DNA of 32,000 nt from Pseudodesulfovibrio mercurii (GTDB lineage Bacteria; Desulfobacterota; Desulfovibrionia; Desulfovibrionales; Desulfovibrionaceae), in the NCBI RefSeq assembly GCF_000189295.2, contig NC_016803.1:1530001-1562000 (forward strand), written 5' to 3'. Positions 1-9,887 of the stretch are shown here, piece after piece. Position 1 is the first letter of the stretch. The number at the start of each line of letters is the position of its first letter. The notes under the pieces were generated by a model that saw only the letters and a list, made by a program, of their open reading frames with translations, did not search any database and was not told the DNA's origin. Both the position numbers and the translations under genes were made by a program.

Positions 1-61
1 CTCCTCCACAGGTTGAAATCCTTCTGCCGGACCGGACCCGCCGGGTCCGTGCCGTAGGCGG

Positions 62-88
62 TCCGCCTCGCCCCCTTCGGGAGGCGGA
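62..88 (-). terminator. GC-rich hairpin directly after the USP stop codon (candidate terminator, no U-tract)
   Basis: tccgcctc (62-69) pairs with gaggcgga (81-88). It abuts stop codon 89-91 on the minus strand. No T/U run follows. Confidence 0.25.
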
Positions 89-517
89 TCACTTGCGCTT
101 GCCGTGCGCGGACACCTTCTGCACCACCTCCACCTCGCAGCGGGTGGTGGTGTTCACCGCGTCAATCACCTTCATCAGCTTGGAATAGAGGGACTGGCGG
201 CCAGACGGAGGGGCTCCGATGAAGAGCTTGGTCACGTTGTTCTCGCGAATGAACTTGGGGATCTCCTCCTCCATCCGCCCGCGGACCACGTAGTAATCGA
301 GGCGGGCGCCCTCGGAGCGGCCTTCGGCCAGGATCGATTCCAGCCGCTTCTCGGGCGATCCGATCCACTCCCCGTCGTCCTCGATGCCGTCGAACTCCTC
401 GTCCACCACCATGAGGATGGAGACGTTGACGGCCATGCGCCGGGTCAGTCCCATGGCGTAATAGGCGAGCCACAGGCTGGATTCCGATTTGTCCACTACG
501 ATCAGTACGTTCTTCAT
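89..517 (-). CDS. Universal stress protein (USP)-like protein, 142 aa
   Basis: ORF 89..652 trimmed to the internal ATG at 517 (MKNVLIVVDKSES...), which is preceded by a GGAAGGAAAC SD-like run. USP-like pattern: beta1 VLIVVD and a C-terminal KLFIGAPPSG segment. The sigma54 promoter at 544-559 also excludes the longer N-terminus. Confidence 0.6.
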   Translation of the reverse strand: MKNVLIVVDKSESSLWLAYYAMGLTRRMAVNVSILMVVDEEFDGIEDDGEWIGSPEKRLESILAEGRSEGARLDYYVVRGRMEEEIPKFIRENNVTKLFIGAPPSGRQSLYSKLMKVIDAVNTTTRCEVEVVQKVSAHGKRK

Positions 518-543
518 TGTTTCCTTCCGTCGGCACCCCCTTG

Positions 544-559
544 AGCAAGGGCGGTGCCA
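544..559 (-). promoter_or_regulatory. sigma54 (-24/-12) promoter for the USP-like gene
   Basis: The minus strand reads CTGGCACCGCCCTTGCTCAA, i.e. TGGCAC-N5-TTGC with exact consensus spacing. The -12 GC lies about 28 nt upstream of ATG 517. Confidence 0.75.
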
Positions 560-583
560 GGACGGCGGCGGGCAGCAACATCT

Positions 584-596
584 CAATATGTTGATA
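584..596 (-). promoter_or_regulatory. IHF-consensus site between the sigma54 promoter and upstream dyads
   Basis: The minus strand reads TATCAACATATTG, matching WATCAANNNNTTR. It sits in the only strongly AT-rich tract (about 580-625) of this intergenic region. Confidence 0.45.
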
Positions 597-650
597 TATA
601 TGTAATTTATTTTCCGTTGTGCGGCTTTGGACAGACTTTCGGCCCGATTC

Positions 651-903
651 ATGTTTCAAAATGAACAGCTGACCGGAAGACGGACGTCACCCGGCACGAA
701 CCGGAAGCTGTCCGGAAGCTTGCCTGATAACCTGCTTGAATATCATGCGATAATAGAATCATGCCCGCCCGGAGCGGGCGTGCGGAGGGCGAAAAACATG
801 TTTCATTCTGAAATACCCATGGAGGACGACGGGTGCCCGAGACCGCTTTTCACGCGAATCGTGTTTCAAAATGAACAGGCGGTCCGGAGCGAGTCCGGAG
901 GGT
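651..903. repeat. Three copies of a TGTTTCA-N3-TGAA dyad plus 11-nt-phased CCGGA(A/G)G repeats (candidate enhancer/UAS)
   Basis: Dyads: atgtttcaaaatgaacag 651-668, atgtttcattctgaaata 798-815, gtgtttcaaaatgaacag 861-878. Copies 1 and 3 share about 27/33 nt including flanks. CCGGAAG occurs at 673, 701 and 712 (tandem 11-mers 701-722). GTCCGGAG occurs at 882 and 893. Confidence 0.5.
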
Positions 904-1075
904 GGTCTGGGCTTGTGCGGATTTTCCCGAAAAAAATGGCCGGAGAGTCGTCTTTTCGAAGAAAGTCAGGGGCGCGCACACCGGACAGGGGCCGAGGCCC
1001 GGCATGGGGAAAGGTCAGGAAAACAGTGGGTTGCCGACGAAGCGGCGCATCTTCCGCCCGCGCACCGCGGACGGA

Positions 1076-2430
<1,355 letters not shown>

Positions 2431-2431
<1 letters not shown>

Positions 2432-3858
2432 CACGCCGCCTCCTCGCCGGTCCCGGCGGCCGGGGCGGCTTCGTCGGCCAGCACGGGCAGACAGACGGTG
2501 AAAGTCGTGCCCACGCCCTCCTCGCTCTGCACGTCGATCCCCCCGCCGTGCTTCTTGAGGATGCCGTAGATGATGGACAGCCCAAGCCCCGTGCCCTTGC
2601 CCACGGGCTTGGTGGTGAAGAAGGGATCGAAGATGCGGCTCAGGGTGTCCCTGTCCATGCCGCAGCCGGTGTCGGACACGTCCACGCACAGCCGGTCGTG
2701 GTCCCTGCGGACCTTCACGCCCAGGGTGCCGCCCTTTTCCATGGCCTGGTCCGCGTTGAGAAAGAGGTTGATGAAGACCTGCTGGAGGTAGTGCATGTCG
2801 CCGTGGATGTCCGGCAGCCCCTCGGGCAGGTCGGCCTCCACCTTGATGCCGTTCAGGGAGAGCTGGTTGCCCACCAGCTTGAGGGTCTGGCGGATGACGT
2901 TGTTCATGCTCAGCCGGGCCAGGGGCCGCTCCTCCTCGCGCGAGAAGTCCAGAAGGTTGCGGACCACCTCCGAGGCCCGGCCGGTCTCGTTGATGATGTC
3001 GCCCAGAAGCTCGCGAACCTCGGCCTCGGGCAGGTCGTCCAACTCCTCCAGAAGCGTGTCGGCAGTCAGGGAGACGTTGTTCAGCGGGTTGTTCAGCTCG
3101 TGGGCGATGCCCGAGGTCAGGGTGCCGATGGAGACCAGCTTGCGGGCCTCGATGAGCTGCTCCTGGCGGTCGTCCAGCTGGGCGGCCATGGACTGGAAGG
3201 CGGAGCGCATCATCTCGGAGATGGGGTCCTGGCTGGTCAGGTGCTGGATGGCCTCGTAGTCCCCCTTGGCCACGCCCTCGGCGGCCCGCTGCACGTAGTC
3301 CAGGCGGTCCAGGATCTTGCGCGCCTGCCACAGGTAGACCGCGGTGATGGAGATGAGGATCAGGGACATGACCGCCAGGGGCATGAACAGGATGCGGTCC
3401 AGGGCGTCGTGGATGGCCTGCTTCTTGGTGGCCAGCAGGGACTGGGCCCCCTCCACCAGCCGGGTGCCGTGCTGCCGGGTGTCGTCGGCCACGGATCTGT
3501 CGCCGTTGGCCAGGGCGTGCAGCAGCGTGCGGTAGGCGGCAATGTCGTCGAGCAGGCCGTCGTAGACGTCCCGGCCCGCGATCTCCACGATCTTGGGCTG
3601 GAGCAGGGCCACGGTGTGCTCGGCGCGGTCCAGATAGACCAGGGCCTCGCCCAGGCTGCCCGGCTCGGGGTAGAACATGAAGTTCTTCTCGTAGCGCCGG
3701 GTCTCCAGGATGTCCGAGACCACGTCGTGGAACTCGTCCATGACGGTCAGCCGCTCGCGGAAGGCCACGATGTTCCACCAGTACATGCCCATGGTCAGGA
3801 GCATGAACAGGACAAAGGCGACGACCACCAGAAGGACCTTGATCTTCAACGACTGCAT
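2431..3858 (-). CDS. Membrane sensor histidine kinase (2 TM periplasmic sensor, HAMP, HisKA, HATPase_c)
   Basis: ORF 2431..3906. The preferred start is ATG 3858 (MQSLKIKVLLVVVAF...) with GGAG 7 nt upstream. H-box SGIAHELNNPL; G-boxes DTGCGM and GTGLGLS. Hydrophobic segments lie near the N-terminus and at FMPLAVMSLILISITAVYLW. Confidence 0.85.
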
Positions 3859-4189
3859 ACCGGCTCCAAGGGTTTCCACAACACCCGGCGGGGCGTTCGG
3901 CCGCACGTGCGGGCCAAGGCTGCCGGGGACAACGGGTACTTTCGCCCCAAACGGTGCAAAAAATCAACTTCGCGCCACCCCCCCTCAAAATCCGGGTCAT
4001 TCCGACCCGAGAAATTTCGGCGTTTGGGTCATAAGGAAACGTTAAGAACCCCCCGCCCGTACCCCTTTTCGGACCATTTCCCCCTCACGGAAAAATTCCT
4101 GCATTTTTCTCAACCGAGTGGTTTTGCACAGCTAGTATTATGCCCAAATCCTGCACAAAATAGGTCCGAAAGCCCCGCCCCGCAAGGGC

Positions 4190-4205
4190 TGGTCCCGGAT
4201 TTGCT
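4190..4205 (+). promoter_or_regulatory. sigma54 (-24/-12) promoter for the ferredoxin/AOR operon
   Basis: CTGGTCCCGGATTTGCTC has TGG at 4190-4192 and TTGC at 4201-4204, which is consensus spacing. It lies about 47 nt upstream of GTG 4252 and is divergent from the kinase/NtrC pair. Confidence 0.6.
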
Positions 4206-4251
4206 CATGGGAGGGCATGCGGTTCAATGCGTAAACCAACAGGAGGCTTCC

Positions 4252-4917
4252 GTGAGCACCATCAAGACAACGGACCAAGCATCGGTAGAAGAGACGGCCA
4301 CCGATTACGTGGCGGTCCAGGAAGAAACGTTACCGTCAAAGGGCGAGGGCATCAGCCGACGCAAGATGCTCGGTTTCCTGGGCGTCCAGGTCGTGGCCGC
4401 CGGGACCCTGGCCGGCGTGGCCATGGCCGCCCCGAAGAATTTCAAGCCCGAAAACTACAACCGCGGGATATCCCCGGACCAGCTGCCCAACACCCGGGCC
4501 TGGCTGGTCTCCGACCCGACCACCTGCGTGGGCTGCCGGACCTGCGAGATCATCTGCTCGCTGGCCCACGACGACGTCTGCCGGCCCGCCCTGGCCCGCA
4601 TCCACACCACCTACGATCCCCAGCACAAGCTGGTCAAGCTGGCGGTCATGCCCGACGTCTGCCGTCAGTGCAACATGGCCGACTGCTACCTGGCCTGCGA
4701 ATACGACGCGCTGGTCCTGGACAAGAAGACCGGGGCCCGGATCATCGACCCGGCCAAGTGCCAGGGATGCGGCGAATGCTTCGCCGCCTGCCCCTACGAC
4801 ATGATCGTGGAGAACAAGGAGAAGAGCATCTTCTCCAAGTGCGACCTGTGCGGCGGCGACCCCATGTGCGTCAAGTTCTGCCCGGCTGACGCGCTGAAGT
4901 TCATCCAACTCGGCTAA
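4252..4917 (+). CDS. Tat-signal 4x[4Fe-4S] ferredoxin-like subunit (YdhX/DmsB-like), 221 aa
   Basis: C-terminal part of ORF 2548..4917. GTG 4252 follows AGGAGG (4241-4246). Twin-arginine motif ISRRKMLGFLG, a hydrophobic stretch, then AMA-AP. Four Cys clusters: CVGCRTCEIIC, CRQCNMADCYLAC, CQGCGECFAACP, CDLCGGDPMCVKFCP. Confidence 0.8.
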   Translation: MSTIKTTDQASVEETATDYVAVQEETLPSKGEGISRRKMLGFLGVQVVAAGTLAGVAMAAPKNFKPENYNRGISPDQLPNTRAWLVSDPTTCVGCRTCEIICSLAHDDVCRPALARIHTTYDPQHKLVKLAVMPDVCRQCNMADCYLACEYDALVLDKKTGARIIDPAKCQGCGECFAACPYDMIVENKEKSIFSKCDLCGGDPMCVKFCPADALKFIQLG

Positions 4918-4941
4918 CCCACAAAGCAAGGAGACAGCACT

Positions 4942-7086
4942 ATGTACGGATGGGCTGGACAAATATTGCGAATCAACCTGGACAACGGCTCCATCACCAA
5001 GGAAGACACGTCCAAGTACCTGGAATACACCGGCGGCATCGGCATCGGCTACAAGGTCATCTTTGACGAAGCGCCCCAGGCCGGACCCTTTGACCCCGAA
5101 AACCGGATCATCTTCGCGGTGGGCCCCATGACCGGTTCCCTGGCGCCCTCCACCGGGCGTTCCGAGGTCATCTCGATCTCACCCCACGTCTACGCGCCCA
5201 AGTCCAAGAAGCCCCTTGTCAGCCGCAGCGGTTTCGGCGGCTACTGGGGCGCGGAACTGAAGTTCGCCGGATACGACGCGGTGATCGTCCAGGGCAAGGC
5301 CAAGAAGCCCGTGTTCATCAACGTGGTCAACGACGAGGTGACCATCGAGGACGCCTCGGACATGTGGGGCAAGGACACCTTCGAGACCCAGGACATGATC
5401 AAGGCCAAGACCGGCGACGAGAAGACCCAGATCGCGGTCATCGGCCCCTCGGGCGAGCGGCTCGTGCGCATCGCCCCGATCCTGCACCGCATCGGCAACG
5501 CGGCGGGCCAGGGCGGCTTCGGCGCGGTCATGGGCTCCAAGAACCTCAAGGCCATCGCCGTGCGCGGCACCAGTGGCGTGCAGGTGGCGGACAAGAAGAA
5601 CCTGATCAAGTACGTCAAGAGCGTGCGCGAGTTCCAGCCCGGCCCCCTGGGCTCCACCCCGCTGTCCACCGGCCCGCTCAGCTGGACCGAGAAGTACGTG
5701 GACCCCAAGGACATCAACAAGCAGGCCCTGCGCTTCGACCAGACCGAGAGCTGCGCGCCGTGGCTGAACAAGTACCACGTCAAGTCCCAGTCCTGCTATT
5801 CCTGCCCCCAGGGCTGCTACTCCTACATGAACGTGGACGGCATGGGCGGCGGCGCGGTCAGCTGCACCCAGTGGTTCTATTCCTGGATGGGCAACCGCGA
5901 CAAGGCCACCTTCCTGGCGAACCAACTGGCCAACAAGCTCGGCGTGGACACCTTCGAGATGTTCCCCATGATCCAGTTCGTCTGGCACCTCCAGGACGAG
6001 AAGATCGACGGCAAGAGCCTGCTGCGCCTCCTCAATGAGAAGAAGCTGGTCAGCAACGAGATCCTGGCCGGCCTGGAACAGGGCCACTATCCGCCCGAGG
6101 GCGACCTGAGCACCGTGGGCCTCGAGACCCTGATGAACATGATCGCCTACCGCCAGGGCTTCCTGGGCGACGCCCTGGCCGAAGGGTTCCGCCGGGCAGT
6201 GGACATCGTCGCCGACAAGTTCACCGCCATGCACATGAAGGAAGCCGCCCAGAAGACCATGAACTTCGTGAACATGGAAGGCATCATGGGCGGCGTCGTG
6301 GGCGGCAACGGCGGCTGGGGCATGTCGGCCCACTACGACCCGCGCACCTTCGGCTACTACTGGGCGGTCAACTTCGCGGTGGAAAATCGCGATCCCAACC
6401 GCCACTCCATGACCAACCTGGTGGAGTGGACCGGCCTGTCCTTCGAACAGGCCATGCCCGTGGCCGTGCGGCACTGGGGCGAGGAGATCGCCGAGAACGG
6501 GCTCAACGACATCCACCGCAAGCGCGACGTGGCCCTGACCTGGAACGGCGAGAAGTCGGCCTACGCCAACGCCTACCTGGGTCAGTTCATCCACTACCGC
6601 GGCTGCATCAAGGACAGCATCACGGTCTGCGACTGGGTCTTCCCGATCATGACCAGCGGACGCAAGGACCGCGAGTACACCGGCGACATCTCCGTGGAGT
6701 ACAAGCTCTTCGAACTGGTCACCGGCGAGAAGATGACCCAGAAGGCCCTGGACGACCGGGCCGCCCGCATCTGGGTCCTGCACCGGCTGCTGACCGCCAT
6801 GGAATGGGGCGGAGGCAGGAAGGTCAACCTGCGTGAAGAGCACGACCAACTGCCCGATCACTTCTTCACGCCCGTGGAGACGCGCCTGCTGCCGAGCTAT
6901 CCGCCGGCCGATCCGCCGCATCCCCCGCTGATCCGGGAGAACTTCGAGGCGGTCAAGGACGAGTACTACAAGCTGATGGAATGGGACCCGAAGACCGGCA
7001 TGCCCACCCGGCGGCTCATGAAGCGCCTGGGCATGGACAAGGAACTGGCCAAGTTCGAGAAGGAGGCCTTCAAGCTGCCCGCGTAG
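4942..7086 (+). CDS. Aldehyde:ferredoxin oxidoreductase (AOR) family tungsto/molybdopterin enzyme, 714 aa (YdhV-like long form)
   Basis: The N-terminus MYGWAGQILRINLDNGSI...GGIGIGYKV...FAVGPMTG is typical of AOR N-domains. The cluster motif CYSCPQGC (CX2CX3C) is present. AAGGAG lies 8 nt upstream of the ATG. Confidence 0.85.
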   Translation: MYGWAGQILRINLDNGSITKEDTSKYLEYTGGIGIGYKVIFDEAPQAGPFDPENRIIFAVGPMTGSLAPSTGRSEVISISPHVYAPKSKKPLVSRSGFGGYWGAELKFAGYDAVIVQGKAKKPVFINVVNDEVTIEDASDMWGKDTFETQDMIKAKTGDEKTQIAVIGPSGERLVRIAPILHRIGNAAGQGGFGAVMGSKNLKAIAVRGTSGVQVADKKNLIKYVKSVREFQPGPLGSTPLSTGPLSWTEKYVDPKDINKQALRFDQTESCAPWLNKYHVKSQSCYSCPQGCYSYMNVDGMGGGAVSCTQWFYSWMGNRDKATFLANQLANKLGVDTFEMFPMIQFVWHLQDEKIDGKSLLRLLNEKKLVSNEILAGLEQGHYPPEGDLSTVGLETLMNMIAYRQGFLGDALAEGFRRAVDIVADKFTAMHMKEAAQKTMNFVNMEGIMGGVVGGNGGWGMSAHYDPRTFGYYWAVNFAVENRDPNRHSMTNLVEWTGLSFEQAMPVAVRHWGEEIAENGLNDIHRKRDVALTWNGEKSAYANAYLGQFIHYRGCIKDSITVCDWVFPIMTSGRKDREYTGDISVEYKLFELVTGEKMTQKALDDRAARIWVLHRLLTAMEWGGGRKVNLREEHDQLPDHFFTPVETRLLPSYPPADPPHPPLIRENFEAVKDEYYKLMEWDPKTGMPTRRLMKRLGMDKELAKFEKEAFKLPA

Positions 7087-7134
7087 CGACCGCAACCGTT
7101 CCTGGTCCACCTCCGTGACAGGGGCGTCCAGAGT

Positions 7135-7172
7135 CCCCGGTCCCCCCAAAGTCCTTCCCGGGGGGGCCGGGG
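7135..7172 (+). terminator. 13-bp GC-rich hairpin after the AOR gene (candidate terminator/attenuator)
   Basis: ccccggtcccccc (7135-7147) pairs with ggggggg ccgggg (7160-7172), with one G-U pair and a 12-nt loop. A TTTT run occurs only about 10 nt downstream. Confidence 0.35.
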
Positions 7173-7222
7173 CATATCCGGTTTTAACAGACCGCCCGCA
7201 TGTTTTACGATAAGGAGAAAGG

Positions 7223-8620
7223 ATGAAGGTACTGCTCCTGACCCCGCCCGCCCCCAGGCTGCGCAATCCGGCCACTGCCGAAGAGGACCTGCTGCCGCCC
7301 AAGACCTGGGTGCCCCTGGGCATCGCCTATCTGACCAGCGCCCTGCGAAACCAGGGCGTGGAGACCGTCTACCGCGACCTGCACGAGGAGTCCTGGCCGT
7401 CCGCTGCCGCCCTCATGCGCCGGGAACAGCCCGACGTGGTCGGCATCAGCTGCTTCACCCTGGGCCGGACCAACGCCCAGCGCCTGGCCGTCGAGGCGCG
7501 CCGCGTCCTGCCCGAGGCCCACGTGGTCATGGGCGGGCCGCACGCCACCTTCTTCCCCGGACACATGCTGGCCAACCCTGCCGTGGACACGGTGGTCCTG
7601 GGCGAAGGCGAGGAGACCATCGTGGAACTGGTCGCCCGTCTCGATGCGGGCGGCGACCTGAAGGACATCCCCGGCCTGGCCCTGCGCTCGGAGGACGGGA
7701 TCTTCCTGACCCCGCCGAGGACGCGGACCACGGACCTGGACGGGCTGGCCTTCCCGGCCTACGACGCCTTCAACCTCGCCCAGTACAAGTCCCCGGAGAT
7801 CCCGGAGCAATACCGCTCCCTGACCGGAACCCACCTGCTCAGCTCGCGCGGCTGCCCGTTCCACTGCGGCTTCTGCTCGGTGAACCGGTTCTTCGAGGGG
7901 CGCTGGGCCAGGCGCTCGCCGGGCAACGTGGCCGACGAGATCGAACGCCTCATCGAGGACCTGCACGTCCGCCACCTGTACTTCTCCGACGACCTGTTCA
8001 CCCTGGACCGGGAGCGCGTCCTGGCCCTGTGCAAGGAGATCATCACGCGCAAGCTGCACTTCGTGTGGATGGCCGAGACCCGTGTGGACCTGGTGGACGA
8101 GGAGCTGCTCGGCTGGATGTACAAGGCCGGGTGCTACCGCATCTACTACGGGGTGGAGTCCGGCAGCCCGCGCGTGCTCAAGGCCGCCAACAAGGGATTC
8201 ACCGTGGAGCAGGTCCGCCGGGCCTTCGCCCTGACCCACGAGGCGGCCATGGAGCCGTGCTGCTTCCTCATGGTCGGCAACCCCGGCGAGAACCCGGAGA
8301 CCATCGGCGAGACCGTGGAGCTCATCCGCGAGATCCGCCCGGCGACAATGCCCATCATGGGCATCAACACTCTGCTCCCGGCGTCGGCCCAGTACGACCG
8401 TGCCAGGGAGGCCGGGCTGATCGACGACGACTACTGGCTCGGGACGGAACCGCCGCCGCCCTACACCCTGGAGCACGACGTGGACGACCTGATCTACCTG
8501 CAAATGCTCCTGACGCGGGGCATCGCCCCGGAGCTGTACGAGCAGATGCGCGCCATGGGCTTCGACGAGAAGTACTTCCTCATGCGTCGCATGGCCAAGG
8601 GGCTGTCCCACCGCGCCTAG
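7223..8620 (+). CDS. B12-binding-domain radical SAM protein (class B rSAM), 465 aa
   Basis: N-terminal cobalamin-binding-like region (LGIAYLTSALRNQG...VVGISCFT). Radical SAM motif CPFHCGFC (CX3CX2C) at SSRGCPFHCGFCSV. AAGGAGAAAGG precedes the ATG. Confidence 0.8.
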   Translation: MKVLLLTPPAPRLRNPATAEEDLLPPKTWVPLGIAYLTSALRNQGVETVYRDLHEESWPSAAALMRREQPDVVGISCFTLGRTNAQRLAVEARRVLPEAHVVMGGPHATFFPGHMLANPAVDTVVLGEGEETIVELVARLDAGGDLKDIPGLALRSEDGIFLTPPRTRTTDLDGLAFPAYDAFNLAQYKSPEIPEQYRSLTGTHLLSSRGCPFHCGFCSVNRFFEGRWARRSPGNVADEIERLIEDLHVRHLYFSDDLFTLDRERVLALCKEIITRKLHFVWMAETRVDLVDEELLGWMYKAGCYRIYYGVESGSPRVLKAANKGFTVEQVRRAFALTHEAAMEPCCFLMVGNPGENPETIGETVELIREIRPATMPIMGINTLLPASAQYDRAREAGLIDDDYWLGTEPPPPYTLEHDVDDLIYLQMLLTRGIAPELYEQMRAMGFDEKYFLMRRMAKGLSHRA

Positions 8621-8684
8621 GGGGCCGCCCCGAAGCAACACCGCGATCGAATACGCCAACCGCCCAAGGGGAAAGAAATTATTG

Positions 8685-8699
8685 CGGCAAGTGCCTTGA
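8685..8699 (+). promoter_or_regulatory. Candidate sigma54-type promoter upstream of the alcohol dehydrogenase (imperfect -12)
   Basis: CGGCAAGTGCCTTGA has GG and TTG at consensus spacing, but the -24 T and -12 C are not conserved (TTGA rather than TTGC). Confidence 0.3.
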
Positions 8700-8743
8700 T
8701 AGAGGATGCGCAAGACGATACAATCGAACCAAAGGACAATACC

Positions 8744-9886
8744 GTGGACATATTCAAGTTCGCTATTCCCGAAGTGATTTTCGGCCGGGGAAGCCTGCAA
8801 TATGCCAGCATCTGCGCCAAACGCCTGGGGGCCTCCAAGATCTTCGTGGTCTCGGACCCAGGCGTGGAGGAGGCGGGCTGGGTGGAGGCTCTGCTGGACA
8901 TCCTGCGCCAGGAAAATCTCGATTTCGTCTATTTCAACGACGTGGTGCCCAACCCGCGCGATTTCCAGGTCCACAACGGCGCGGAGCTCTACCGCCGGGA
9001 AGAGGCGGACGTGGTCATGGCCCTGGGCGGCGGCAGCCCCATGGACGCGGCCAAGGGCATCGCCCTGATCGTCAGCAACGGGGGCGTCATCGCCGACTAC
9101 GAGGGGGCCAACATGGTCTCCCGACCCCTGCCCCCCATGGTCTTCATCCCCACCACCATGGGCAGCGAATCGAACATTTCGCAGTTCACGGTGGTCACGG
9201 ACGTGGAGCGGCGGGTCAAGATGACCGTCATCAGCCGGACCCTGGTGCCGAACATCTCCATCACCGACCCCCTGCTCCTCGAGACCCTGAACCGGGACCA
9301 GATCATCCCGCCGCTGTTCGACTCCCTGGCCCACGCCGTGGAGTCCTACGTCTCGCCCATCGCCAACCCATTCACCGAGGCGTGGAGCCTCAAGGGGCTG
9401 GACCTGCTCATGCGGCACATCCGACCAGCCCTGGAACACCGCAGGCTGGAGGACCTCGAACAGCTGGCCATCGCGGGCACCTCGTCGGGCATGGCCTTCA
9501 CCAACGCCAGCGTGGGGCTCGGCCACGCCCTGGCCCACGCCCTGGGCGGCATGCACGACGTGGTCCACGGCACGGCCCACTCCCTGCTCCTGCCCAGCGT
9601 CATGCGCTACAACCTGCCGGTCTGCGAGGCCAAGATGGCCAAGATCGGCGAGGTCATCACCGGTAAGCGGCTCAAGACCGACGAGGCCACGGCCCTGGCC
9701 GGCATCGAGGCCCTGGAGCAATTGCGAGGCGAGATCGGCATCCCCGGCCGCCTGCGCGAGATTCTGCCGGACCGGACCATGCTCCCTCAGGCGAGCCACA
9801 ACGCGGTCAAGGACATCTGCCTACTGACCAACCCCCGGCCGGCGGACTGGAAGGACATCCTGAACATCTACTACGAGATGTGGTGA
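8744..9886 (+). CDS. Iron-containing (group III) alcohol dehydrogenase
   Basis: ORF 8696..9886. Motifs: GGGSPMDAAKG and the metal-site His cluster GLGHALAHALGGMHDVVHG. GTG 8744 is preferred (AAAGGA 7 nt upstream) over TTG 8696, which has no SD and overlaps the candidate promoter. Confidence 0.85.
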   Translation: MDIFKFAIPEVIFGRGSLQYASICAKRLGASKIFVVSDPGVEEAGWVEALLDILRQENLDFVYFNDVVPNPRDFQVHNGAELYRREEADVVMALGGGSPMDAAKGIALIVSNGGVIADYEGANMVSRPLPPMVFIPTTMGSESNISQFTVVTDVERRVKMTVISRTLVPNISITDPLLLETLNRDQIIPPLFDSLAHAVESYVSPIANPFTEAWSLKGLDLLMRHIRPALEHRRLEDLEQLAIAGTSSGMAFTNASVGLGHALAHALGGMHDVVHGTAHSLLLPSVMRYNLPVCEAKMAKIGEVITGKRLKTDEATALAGIEALEQLRGEIGIPGRLREILPDRTMLPQASHNAVKDICLLTNPRPADWKDILNIYYEMW

Positions 9887-9887
9887 C

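Noticed and set aside
2432-4000. N-terminal 520 residues of the 974-aa ORF 1076..4000
   Set aside because: This is an out-of-frame read-through across the kinase gene, Arg/Pro/Gly-rich and motif-free. The regulator begins at ATG 2431, coupled to the kinase stop.
4122-4160. TGCACA repeats upstream of the AOR promoter as a defined activator site
   Set aside because: The match is only 8/10 as an inverted repeat, and the site is too close (about 60-100 nt) to distinguish a UAS from an IHF-type bend. It is kept as a remark, not a feature.
2548-4251. N-terminal 568 residues of the 789-aa ORF 2548..4917
   Set aside because: It is antisense to the kinase and then runs through the intergenic region. 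The real ferredoxin gene starts at GTG 4252 after AGGAGG and downstream of the -24/-12 element.
5179-9799. 714-aa (5179..7323) and 864-aa (7205..9799) minus-strand ORFs
   Set aside because: They are antisense to the AOR, radical SAM and ADH genes, all of which have strong family motifs. Their products are low-complexity with no motifs.
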